From Gaiellaceae bacterium (GTDB lineage Bacteria; Actinomycetota; Thermoleophilia; Gaiellales; Gaiellaceae): a DNA stretch of 64,000 nt. The DNA lies in contig DASUJY010000072.1 of NCBI GenBank assembly GCA_036279015.1, positions 962-64,961 on the forward strand, in the 5' to 3' direction. The position numbers were made by a program, and so were the translations under genes. Below are positions 8,829 through 17,508 of the stretch, one piece after another (position 1 is the stretch's first letter; the number at the start of each line of letters is the position of its first letter). The notes below the pieces were generated by a model that saw only the letters and a program-made list of their open reading frames with translations, ran no database searches and had not been told where the DNA came from.

Positions 8829-9673
8829 CTGTAGATCCCCTTCTGGCCGACCTGCAGGGCGAGGAGGAGCTCGGCGAAGATGATCCCCATCGCCTCGGGA
8901 AGGTCGCTGGAGCTGAACTCGGTAATGCAGGGCGTCTTCTTGACGACGCCGGGGATGAACTCGCAGGTGGCTGCGATCGTGGTCGAGCTCCATTCGAATC
9001 CGACCCGGACCGGAAGCTCCATCTCGTACGGCTGCCGCGATGTCTCGGCGAGCGAGCGAAGCGCCCGTGCGACGCCTTCGCGGATGCCCTTCTGGGCGAC
9101 GTCGGGGTGCAGGCAGGTGGCGGCGAACATGTCGATACCGTCCTTGACCGCGAACGTCTCGAGATCGTCGCCGAGCACGCCCTTCGCTTCCCGGCAGACG
9201 GTGTCGTCGCCGGCGACGAACACGACCGGGACGCCGTAGTGACCGGCCAGGAGCGCGTTCAGCCGCGTCTCGCCGACGGGCTCATCGTTGAAGAGCATGT
9301 TCTGGATCTCCTTGCCGAGCAGCGTATGGGCGAGCACGCCCTGCTCGGTGCCGGCACAGGAGTGGTAGCCGACGAAGACGGCCGCGTCGAAGCTCTCGTC
9401 GAGGCCCTGCACCATGCACATCGGCTTGTGGAAGCCCTTGATCACACGGGCGCGCGAGTCGATCTCCTCGAGCAAGAGGTTGCGCTGGATCCAGTGCGAG
9501 TCGTTGACGAGCACCTCGTCGGCGCCGGCGTCGAAGGCGCCGAGGACGGCGGCGTTGGCATCGCCGGTCATGAACATACGGCCACGCTGGTAGTCGGATC
9601 CGTCCGGGAGGACGTCCTCCGGGTCGGTCATGGCGGTGGCGCCTTCCATGTCGACAGAGATGAAGACCTTCAA
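8825..9673 (-). CDS. D-aminopeptidase, peptidase M55 (Bacillus DppA type)
   Basis: KVFISVDMEGATAM...VLVNDSH...GYHSCAG is characteristic of M55. TTG 9673 follows AAAGGAG with 7 nt spacing. Confidence 0.85.
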   Translation of the reverse strand: MKVFISVDMEGATAMTDPEDVLPDGSDYQRGRMFMTGDANAAVLGAFDAGADEVLVNDSHWIQRNLLLEEIDSRARVIKGFHKPMCMVQGLDESFDAAVFVGYHSCAGTEQGVLAHTLLGKEIQNMLFNDEPVGETRLNALLAGHYGVPVVFVAGDDTVCREAKGVLGDDLETFAVKDGIDMFAATCLHPDVAQKGIREGVARALRSLAETSRQPYEMELPVRVGFEWSSTTIAATCEFIPGVVKKTPCITEFSSSDLPEAMGIIFAELLLALQVGQKGIYS

Positions 9674-9686
9674 CGCGCGCTCCTTT

Positions 9687-10571
9687 CTAGACGGTGAGCC
9701 GGAATCGTTCCCCCATTCGCTCTGCAAGCCCGTCGCCGACCAGGCTGAGACCGATGCCCACGACGACGATCACGGCACCGGGGAGCGTGGTGATCCACCA
9801 GGCGTTTAGGAGGAAGTTCTGTCCGTCGGCGACCATCGCGCCCCATTCCGCCTGCGGAGGGCGGACGCCGAGGCCGAGGAACGAGAGCGCCGCGACGAGC
9901 AGAATGTTCAGGACGAAGTCGGCCATCGAGAAGACGATGCTCGGCCGCAGTAGGTTCGGGATCGCGTGACGGAGGATGATCCGCGTGCGCGAGTAGCCGA
10001 GCGCCTCGCCGGCGAGCATGAACTCCTGTTCGCGCAGAACGAGCATCTCCGCCCGGCTGAGACGGGCGTACATGCTCCAGGCGACGGCGAGAACGGCGAT
10101 GTAGACGCCGGTCACCCCCGGCCCCACGACGGCGAGGATTGCGATTACGAGCACGAGGAACGGGAACGCAATCACGACGTCGACGAGCCGCATGATCACC
10201 GTGTCAACCCAGCCGCCGAAGTAGCCGGCGACCGCCCCCAGCAGGACCCCGTAGGTGAGCGGCACATACGTCGTGATGAAGCCGATCTGGAGGTCGACCC
10301 GCGCTGCGTAGACGACCCGCGAGAAGACGTCCCGACCGAGGTTGTCCGTCCCCATCAGATGGCTCCACGACGGGGGCTGGAACGCATTGATCAGGTTCTG
10401 CGCATTCGGCGGATACGGGGCGATCAGTGGCGCGAAGATCGCCACCAGCGCCACGGCGACGACGATCCCGACACCCACGTACAGCGTCGCGTTTGCCCAG
10501 CGGCGTTCGGCCCGGCCTTGACGCCGGATCCGCGCCGCGCTCGCAAGCAGCACCTCCTGCCTGGCCGCCAT
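9687..10571 (-). CDS. peptide ABC transporter permease (DppC/OppC type)
   Basis: BPD transport-system inner-membrane component with an N-terminal OppC-type segment. ATGA overlap with the upstream permease gene. Confidence 0.9.
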   Translation of the reverse strand: MAARQEVLLASAARIRRQGRAERRWANATLYVGVGIVVAVALVAIFAPLIAPYPPNAQNLINAFQPPSWSHLMGTDNLGRDVFSRVVYAARVDLQIGFITTYVPLTYGVLLGAVAGYFGGWVDTVIMRLVDVVIAFPFLVLVIAILAVVGPGVTGVYIAVLAVAWSMYARLSRAEMLVLREQEFMLAGEALGYSRTRIILRHAIPNLLRPSIVFSMADFVLNILLVAALSFLGLGVRPPQAEWGAMVADGQNFLLNAWWITTLPGAVIVVVGIGLSLVGDGLAERMGERFRLTV

Positions 10572-11506
10572 CAGGACAGGCGCACCCGCGGATCGATCAG
10601 CGCGTAGGAGAAGTCGGCCAGCAGGTTGATCACGATCACAATCAGCCCGAACACGAGCGTGAGCGCCTGGATCGTCGGGAAGTCGCGCGTGTAGATCGAG
10701 TCGACGAGGAGCTGCCCGAGCCCGGGAATGTCGAACACCTTTTCGATCACGACCGCACTCGAGATCAGCCAGCCGAGGTTGACCGCGAGCACGGTGATCG
10801 TCGAGATCGACGAGTTCCGAAGCGCATGCTTCAGGACGACTCGCGACTCGGCCACCCCGCGTGCGCGCGCCGCCTCGATGTACTCGCTCGCGAAGACATC
10901 GGTCAGGCTCGAGCGCAGCGACCGGATCAGCATCGCCGCCAGGAAGACGCCAACCGTGAACGCAGGCAGGGTCAGGTGCATGACGTGGTCGAAAAAACCC
11001 TTCCCGTACCCGGACACCGGGAAGACGCCTAGGTCGAGCGAGAGCTTGCGGATCAGGAGCAGCCCGAGCCAGAACGCAGGCATCGCGAACCCGATCAGGG
11101 TCACGATCCGGATCGTGTGGTCCGGCAGCCGGTTCCGCCGCAAGGCCGAGACGATCCCCAGAGGCAGCGCGAGCACGACCGCGATCAACGTCCCGTAGCC
11201 GAGCAGGAACAGGCTCGGCCCGAGCCGCTCCCCGACCACGCCCGAGACGGGGCGGCGCAGGATGATGGACTCACCGAAGTCGCCGTGCGTAAGGCCGCCG
11301 ACGAAGTCGAGGTACTGGGTCGGAAGCGGCCGGTCGATCCCGAGCTCGTGCTTGACCGCGGCGATCCGCTCCGGCGGTGCCTTCCCGCCCAACATGATCC
11401 GGATCGGATCACCCGGGACGGCGTGAATGAGGACGAACGCGACCAGCGTGATCCCGATCACGACCGGGATCGCGTGCAGGACGCGCAGACCGAGGAAGCG
11501 AGCCAC
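10571..11506 (-). CDS. peptide ABC transporter permease (DppB/OppB type)
   Basis: MARFLGLRVLHAIPVVIGITLVAFVL start, and an EAA-loop region YIEAARARGV. Confidence 0.9.
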   Translation of the reverse strand: MARFLGLRVLHAIPVVIGITLVAFVLIHAVPGDPIRIMLGGKAPPERIAAVKHELGIDRPLPTQYLDFVGGLTHGDFGESIILRRPVSGVVGERLGPSLFLLGYGTLIAVVLALPLGIVSALRRNRLPDHTIRIVTLIGFAMPAFWLGLLLIRKLSLDLGVFPVSGYGKGFFDHVMHLTLPAFTVGVFLAAMLIRSLRSSLTDVFASEYIEAARARGVAESRVVLKHALRNSSISTITVLAVNLGWLISSAVVIEKVFDIPGLGQLLVDSIYTRDFPTIQALTLVFGLIVIVINLLADFSYALIDPRVRLS

Positions 11507-11512
11507 GAACCG

Positions 11513-13159
11513 CTAGTCGCTGAGCGACACGTCCTCGAGCGGCCACCAGGCCGTCTTCACGGTCCGGAAGCCTTGCACCTTCGAGTTGATCCCGGTCCGG
11601 GCCGGCGTGAAGAAGAGCGCGACCATCGGCGCGTCGTCCATGACCAGCTGTTGCAGGTCGCCGAAGGCCTTCTCACGCACCGACTCCTCCAGAGTGTTCG
11701 CCGCCTGGGCGATCAGCTTCGTCGCGTTCGCGCTGTTGTACTGGGTGAAAAACGACTTCGTTCCGCCCGGAGCGGTGTAGTCGAACTGGATCGCCGCCAG
11801 CTCGTCCGGAGCGGAGACGTCGCTCGTGATGTACCAGTTCGCGCCGGCGGTGTAGTTGAAGTTGGAGAAGTTCGTGTACGCGGTGCCGATGTCGGCGTTC
11901 TGGATCTGGACGTCCACGCCGATCCCGCTCCAGCTCTCCTTCACGATCTGGGCGAGTTGCTGCGTGATCACGTCGCCAGTAGGAACGACCAGCGGAACCG
12001 TGAACCCGTCCGCGGCCGACGACTGACCCATCAGCTCACGCGCCTTGTCAAGGTCGAACGGATACGGCTCCACGTCGCTTCGCCAGTACTTCATCTTCGG
12101 CATCATGTGGTTGGCGATCTCGGCGTTGCCGAAGTAGATCGTCTGGCGCATCGCCTCCTTGTCGGTGGCGTAGTTCAGCGCCTGGCGAACACGCGCGTCG
12201 TCGAGCGGCTTCTCCGCGTTGTTCAACCAGATGCCGTCGAAGCGGTAGATCTCTTCGATCTCGACGTCGATGTCGTCCTGCTTGTCCAGCTGCTCGATCT
12301 GGGCGTACGGAATGTTGAGCGCCACGTCCGACTCGCCCGCCTGCACCTTCAGGACGCGGGTGTTGTCGTCGGGGACGTACGGGATCATGACCTCGTCCAA
12401 GAGTGGCTTGTCCGCCTTCCAGTAGTTCTCGTTGCGGGCGAGGTGCACGAATTGGCCCTTGGAGAACTTGACGAGCTTGAACGGGCCCGTGCCGACCGGC
12501 TGCTGCGCGAACTTGTCACCGAGCTCCTCGACCATCTTCTTCGGGACGATCGAGGCGGCGAAGATATTCAGATTCTGCAGGAAGGGCGCGAACGGCCCCT
12601 TCAGCTGCACCTCGACATCGGAATCGCCGGTCGCGCGCACCGACTTCACGGGGCCGAACAGGAACGAGTACGCGCTGCCCTTCGGATCGAAGATCCGCTC
12701 CAACGAGAAGATGACGTCGTCGACCGTCATCGGCGTGCCGTCGGAGAACTTCACGCCCTTGCGCAGGTGGAACGTGTAGATCGTCCCGTCCGGCGAGATG
12801 TCCCACGACTCCGCCAACGAGGGGACGACGTCCGTGGAGTTCTCGTTGATCGTCGTCAGCTGGTCGAACATGTTGTAGAGCACGTAGATCGAGCCGTTGT
12901 CGCTCGGCACGATCGGATCGAGCGAGAGCGGCTCCTCTGGGCGGGCCATCGTCAACGTCCCGCCCCGCTTGCCCGTTGCGCCGCCGACCGCCTCGGCCGT
13001 CGACGTCTCACCGCCCGCCGACCCGCCTCCACCACCGCAGGCGGCAAGAAGACTCGGCGTCGCCACCATGGCGCCGAGCCCCCCGAAGCGAATCAGCAGC
13101 TGCTTGCGCGTGATCTCGCGGTTGACGAACTCTTCCATCGACTCGAACTCGTTGCTCAC
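11513..13159 (-). CDS. ABC transporter substrate-binding lipoprotein, family 5 (peptide/nickel type)
   Basis: Signal peptide with lipobox LLAAC followed by a Gly-rich linker, then a family-5 SBP body. GTG start follows GGGAGG. Confidence 0.9.
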   Translation of the reverse strand: MSNEFESMEEFVNREITRKQLLIRFGGLGAMVATPSLLAACGGGGGSAGGETSTAEAVGGATGKRGGTLTMARPEEPLSLDPIVPSDNGSIYVLYNMFDQLTTINENSTDVVPSLAESWDISPDGTIYTFHLRKGVKFSDGTPMTVDDVIFSLERIFDPKGSAYSFLFGPVKSVRATGDSDVEVQLKGPFAPFLQNLNIFAASIVPKKMVEELGDKFAQQPVGTGPFKLVKFSKGQFVHLARNENYWKADKPLLDEVMIPYVPDDNTRVLKVQAGESDVALNIPYAQIEQLDKQDDIDVEIEEIYRFDGIWLNNAEKPLDDARVRQALNYATDKEAMRQTIYFGNAEIANHMMPKMKYWRSDVEPYPFDLDKARELMGQSSAADGFTVPLVVPTGDVITQQLAQIVKESWSGIGVDVQIQNADIGTAYTNFSNFNYTAGANWYITSDVSAPDELAAIQFDYTAPGGTKSFFTQYNSANATKLIAQAANTLEESVREKAFGDLQQLVMDDAPMVALFFTPARTGINSKVQGFRTVKTAWWPLEDVSLSD

Positions 13160-13211
13160 GAAGCCTCCCTCACTCGGTTTCGTCCACCTGCCCCCACGTC
13201 GCCCCGACTGC

Positions 13212-13826
13212 TCACCATGGCGGCGTCGCCGCCCCGATGACGATGCTCACACCCGTCGCTGACGCGTTGCGAAACGCGTGCGGCCTCTCGGTCCGAAACC
13301 GCACTGCGTCGCCCTGCGCCATCCGGTACGGCTCGTCGCCGACGAGCAAGTCGACCGCTCCCTGGAGCACGTAGGCGAACTCCTCGCCCGCGTGCGCGAT
13401 CTTGTCGTTCGCGTATCCGCCGCCCGGCTCGAACGAGAGCAGGTAGGGCTGCAACTGGTGGCCCTTGCTCGGTCCGAGGAGCTGGTAGAGAACGCCCTTC
13501 CCGCGGCGAACGCCTGGAGTCGTGGCCGCAGCCCCCCGAAGAACCTCGACGTCGTCGCCGCCGTCTCCCGGGTTCTCCGCTTCCGCCAGCAGCTCGGTGA
13601 GCTGGAGACCGAAGTGGTCGGCGACCTGCTGCAGCCGGCGTAACGACACACCGCCCTTGCTGTTCTCGAGCGCCGACAGCGACGACGCGGCCATGCCGAT
13701 CGCCCGCGCTTGCTCGCGTAGGCTCAAACCCGCCTGGATGCGAAGCCGTCTAATCCGCTGACCGACGAACTCGGCGAGGCCGTCGTCACTCGGTATCTCT
13801 CTCGCCGCTACGGACTGTCCACTCAA
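13212..13826 (-). CDS. XRE-family HTH transcriptional regulator with C-terminal cupin domain
   Basis: HTH region GQRIRRLRIQAGLSLREQARAIGMAASSLSALENSK, and a cupin region HAGEEFAYVLQG...GDAVRF. Best start is TTG 13826. It sits directly upstream of the dpp-like operon and diverges from the DUF1611 operon. Confidence 0.8.
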   Translation of the reverse strand: MSGQSVAAREIPSDDGLAEFVGQRIRRLRIQAGLSLREQARAIGMAASSLSALENSKGGVSLRRLQQVADHFGLQLTELLAEAENPGDGGDDVEVLRGAAATTPGVRRGKGVLYQLLGPSKGHQLQPYLLSFEPGGGYANDKIAHAGEEFAYVLQGAVDLLVGDEPYRMAQGDAVRFRTERPHAFRNASATGVSIVIGAATPPW

Positions 13827-13847
13827 ACTGAACGCCGACGTTAGAGT

Positions 13848-13864
13848 GTTCGGCAGTGCCGAAC
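13848..13864. promoter_or_regulatory. perfect palindrome GTTCGGCA-G-TGCCGAAC in the divergent control region (candidate operator)
   Basis: 8-bp arms. It lies in the 29-bp gap between the XRE/cupin gene start and the DUF1611 gene, and covers the GTG start at 13856. Confidence 0.4.
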
Positions 13865-14953
13865 GTAGCACCTGGCTCCCGGCGGCGCAATCCCGTACCG
13901 AGGCGCTACCTCGTCCTCGCCGAAGGCCACGCGACCGACCTACACCACGGAAAGACGATGCGCGGCTTGCTCCGCTACCGCCGGGACGAGGTCGCCGCGA
14001 TCCTCGACTCCGAGCACGCCGGCGAGGAGATCGAGGGTGTTCCCGTCGTCGCAACCGTCGCGGACGGCCTGGGCCACGGGCCGAATGCCGCATTCATCGG
14101 AGTGGCGCCCGCCGGCGGACGACTGCCCGCCGTCTGGCACCAGATCCTCCGAGATGCTGTCGAAGCGGGCCTCGACGTCGAGTCGGGGATGCACGTCTTC
14201 CTCGCCGACGACCCGGAGCTGGCCGCGCTCGCAAGCGAACGCGGCGTCGAGCTCCGCGACCTCCGCCGCCCTCCTGCGGGCCTCTCCGTTCCCACGGGGG
14301 CGAACCTGGAGCATGACGCGGCGGTTGTCCTCACCGTCGGATCCGACTGCGCGATCGGGAAGATGACCGTAAGTCTCGAACTCGACCGGACCGCGCGCGA
14401 ACGTGGACTCGCATCCGTCTTCGTCCCCACCGGCCAGACCGGGATCGCCATCGCCGGCTGGGGCGTCTGTGTTGATGCGGTCGTCGCTGACTTCATCGCC
14501 GGCGCGACCGAACGGCTCGTCGTCGAAGGCGCCGACCGCGGCGACCTCCTCTGGGTCGAAGGACAGGGGTCGCTCGTCCACCCGCAGTACTCCGGCGTCA
14601 CGCTCGGTCTCTTCCACGGGAGCGCTCCGCATGTCCTCGTCCTCTGCCACGAGGCGGGCACGACCCAGATCGAAGGCTGTCCCGGTCACCCGATCCCGCC
14701 CCTGCGCGAGCTCGTCGAACTCCACGAGCGGATGTCGCTCCCAGCCCGCAAGGCCCGCGTGGCCGCCGTCGCGCTCAACACGCGTCGCCTCGACGAGCGC
14801 GAGGCGCGCGCCGCCGCCTCGGCCGTCGAGGACGAGGTGCGCCTCCCCGCGGACGACCCGGTCCGCTTCGGTGCCGACCGGCTGCTCGACGCCGTCCTCG
14901 CCGCACTCCCCGAGCGACACCCCCGGACACGGAACCCAATCGCCGCCCGATGA
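13856..14953 (+). CDS. DUF1611-family protein (P-loop; family linked to D-glutamate/murein-peptide metabolism)
   Basis: RRYLVLAEGH...GKTMRGLLRY...VAAILDS N-terminal Rossmann-like part, and a Walker-A-like GSDCAIGKMT. Confidence 0.75.
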   Translation: MPNVAPGSRRRNPVPRRYLVLAEGHATDLHHGKTMRGLLRYRRDEVAAILDSEHAGEEIEGVPVVATVADGLGHGPNAAFIGVAPAGGRLPAVWHQILRDAVEAGLDVESGMHVFLADDPELAALASERGVELRDLRRPPAGLSVPTGANLEHDAAVVLTVGSDCAIGKMTVSLELDRTARERGLASVFVPTGQTGIAIAGWGVCVDAVVADFIAGATERLVVEGADRGDLLWVEGQGSLVHPQYSGVTLGLFHGSAPHVLVLCHEAGTTQIEGCPGHPIPPLRELVELHERMSLPARKARVAAVALNTRRLDEREARAAASAVEDEVRLPADDPVRFGADRLLDAVLAALPERHPRTRNPIAAR

Positions 14954-16113
14954 CGCCGCCTGCGATCGATCCAGACGCGTTGGGCGACTTCGCCCGCCGC
15001 CTTGTCAGCGTGCGCAGCCCCTCCGGCGAGGAGGGCGACCTTGCCGTGCTCGTCGCCACCGAGATGGAGCGCCTCGGCTTCACCGTCGAGGTCGACGAGC
15101 TCGGAAACGTGATCGGCACGGTCGACGGCGGGCCGGGCCGGTGCGTCCTCCTCGACGCGCACATGGACACCGTCGGGGTCACCGACCCGTCCGCCTGGAG
15201 CCACGATCCGTCCGGGGAGATTGCGGACGGTCGCCTCTGGGGCCGTGGGGCGATGGACATCAAAGGCCCGCTCGCCGCTGCGATCCACGGGGCCGCCTCG
15301 TTCGCGGCCCACGTCGCCGGCCGCATCGTCGTCTCGGCGAGCGTCGCCGAGGAGCTCGTCGAGGGACCCGCGCTCGCCGAGATCGCCAAGCGCGTCCTCC
15401 CCGATACCGTCGTCATCTGTGAGGCCACCTCGCTTCGGATCGCGCGCGGCCAGCGTGGTCGCGCCGAAGTCCAGGTGGAAGTGCTCGGGAGCCCTACCCA
15501 CACGGCCCGACCGGAGCTCGGTGTCAACGCCGCCGAAGGAATGGCCGACGTCATCGCCGAGCTGCGCTCCCTCGAACTACCGACGCATCCCGTCCTCGGC
15601 GACGCGATCCTCGTCCTCACCGACGTCATCTCGCGGCCCTACCCCGGCCTTTCGGTCGTCCCGGACAGGTGCGTGGCAACGTACGACCGCCGCACGCTTC
15701 CCGGCGAGGACGAGGAAGCGGTGCTCGAACCGGTTCGCGCCACCCTCGAGCGGGCGCTCGCACGAACCGGCGCCTCCGGCAAGACACGGATAGCTGACGA
15801 CGACTTCGCGACCTACACGGGAGCCCGCCTGACGGCGCCGAACTTCGCGCCCGCCTGGTTCTACGACGACAACGCGCCACACGTTCGCACCGCGCTCGAC
15901 GCTCTCCGAGAAGCGGGTCTTCCGGCCGAGCTCACGCACTACGCGTTCTGCACGAACGGGAGCGCAAGCGCCGGACGGCTGGGCATCCCCACGCTCGGCT
16001 ACGGCCCGGGCGACGAGGCGCTCGCGCATCGCATCGACGAGCACATCGAGCTCGCAGAGCTCGAAGCCGGCTCCCGCGGCTATGCCGCGCTCACCGCCGC
16101 GCTTACCGGGTGA
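14950..16113 (+). CDS. M20-family metallopeptidase/deacylase (YgeY-like)
   Basis: SPSGEE...LLDAHMDTVGV...GRGAMDIKG are M20 motifs. ATGA overlap with the DUF1611 gene. Confidence 0.85.
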   Translation: MTPPAIDPDALGDFARRLVSVRSPSGEEGDLAVLVATEMERLGFTVEVDELGNVIGTVDGGPGRCVLLDAHMDTVGVTDPSAWSHDPSGEIADGRLWGRGAMDIKGPLAAAIHGAASFAAHVAGRIVVSASVAEELVEGPALAEIAKRVLPDTVVICEATSLRIARGQRGRAEVQVEVLGSPTHTARPELGVNAAEGMADVIAELRSLELPTHPVLGDAILVLTDVISRPYPGLSVVPDRCVATYDRRTLPGEDEEAVLEPVRATLERALARTGASGKTRIADDDFATYTGARLTAPNFAPAWFYDDNAPHVRTALDALREAGLPAELTHYAFCTNGSASAGRLGIPTLGYGPGDEALAHRIDEHIELAELEAGSRGYAALTAALTG

Positions 16114-17249
16114 CGCGGCTTCTGCGAAACTCCGGTCGCGGGCCGCTTCCCCGCTCTACGGCGCCGAGCGGCGAGCCGCTCGCCTACCACCGCCGTCTGC
16201 CCGGCTACCAGCCAACACCGCTCGTCGACGCGCCACGGCTCGCGAGGCGGCTCGGCGTCGGTCGCGTCTCGGTCAAGGACGAATCGGCCCGGCTCGGATT
16301 GCCCTCGTTCAAGATCCTCGGCGCCTCCTGGGCGACATACTGCGCCCTCCGCGAGCGCTTCCCCGAACGACTCGACGGCTGGGAGACGTTCGACGAGCTC
16401 GCGGCCCGCACCCGCATGCTCGGCCCGCTCACGCTCGCCGCCGCCACCGACGGCAACCACGGCCGGGCACTCGCCCGCATCGCAGCCCTGCTCGGCCTGA
16501 CCGCCCGCATCTACGTTCCCGCCGGCACGGCGCAAGCACAGATCGACGCCATCACCGGCGAAGGAGCAGCCGTTACGGTCGTCGACGGAACCTACGGCGA
16601 CGCCGTCGCCCGTTCGGCCGCCGACGCGGACGACCGCTGCCTCGTCGTCTCCGACACCTCGTGGCCCGGCTACGAAGACACACCGCGCCGCGTCATCGAC
16701 GGCTACTCGACGATCCTTTGCGAGATCGACGACCAGCTCGAGGCCCGCGGCTGGTCGCCGCCGGACGTGGTCTTCGTTCAGATCGGCGTGGGGGCACTCG
16801 CAGCAGCGGTCATCCGTCACGTCCGCCGTCGCGACAGCAACCCGCTCATCATCGGCGTCGAACCAGTCGACGCCGCCTGCGCCCTCGCCTCTGCCGAGGC
16901 AGGCGCCATCGCGAACGTCCCCGGTCCGCACCGTTCGATCATGGCCGGGCTCAACTGCGACGCCCCCTCCCTCGTCGCCTGGCCAACCCTGTACACCGGA
17001 ATCGACTGGTTCCTGGCCCTCGACGACACGTGGGCGGCGGAGGGAGTTCGAGCCCTCGCGGACGAAGCCATCGTCGCAGGCGAGACCGGAGCGGCCGGCG
17101 CAGCGGGAGCACTAGCGCTCGCCACAGAGCCCACATCGCCGCAGGACATTGGGCTACACCCACAAGCCCACCTCCTCGTCCTCTGCACCGAGGGCGCTAC
17201 CGATCCAGAAACCTACGCCGCGTCAACCGGCGACTGTATGGCATCGTGA
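16110..17249 (+). CDS. diaminopropionate ammonia-lyase-like PLP enzyme (YgeX type)
   Basis: DESARLGLPSFKILGASWA (PLP lysine), ATDGNHGRALA, tryptophan-synthase-beta fold. GTGA overlap with the upstream gene. Confidence 0.85.
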   Translation: MTRLLRNSGRGPLPRSTAPSGEPLAYHRRLPGYQPTPLVDAPRLARRLGVGRVSVKDESARLGLPSFKILGASWATYCALRERFPERLDGWETFDELAARTRMLGPLTLAAATDGNHGRALARIAALLGLTARIYVPAGTAQAQIDAITGEGAAVTVVDGTYGDAVARSAADADDRCLVVSDTSWPGYEDTPRRVIDGYSTILCEIDDQLEARGWSPPDVVFVQIGVGALAAAVIRHVRRRDSNPLIIGVEPVDAACALASAEAGAIANVPGPHRSIMAGLNCDAPSLVAWPTLYTGIDWFLALDDTWAAEGVRALADEAIVAGETGAAGAAGALALATEPTSPQDIGLHPQAHLLVLCTEGATDPETYAASTGDCMAS

Positions 17250-17508
17250 GCACACCGCCGGGCCATCCTCCAAGATCATGTCCACACAACCCACATTTGC
17301 AGCGGTTTCTTCGGGTGGTCAATGCCCCCCGCGTCCATCCGCGGCCGATCCTGTGCGACACGTCAGTGCACCGTTTCGCCCGGAGATAATCTCCTCCGCT
17401 CCGTCCGCTTGAGCTCCAGCATCTGCACCACAAATCGACCCGAGCCGGTGTCTGCGCGACGGTTAAGTGGACGTCAGAAGACGCTGATTTGCAGCGATTT
17501 TTATGAAG

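Noticed and set aside
5232-17507. Search for an integrase, excisionase, transposase, toxin-antitoxin pair or defence genes inside the ssrA-flanked segment
   Set aside because: Every ORF with coding bias has a metabolic, transport or regulator assignment. No R-H-R-Y recombinase signature or DDE motif was seen in any frame by eye. Short degraded remnants cannot be excluded without a search.
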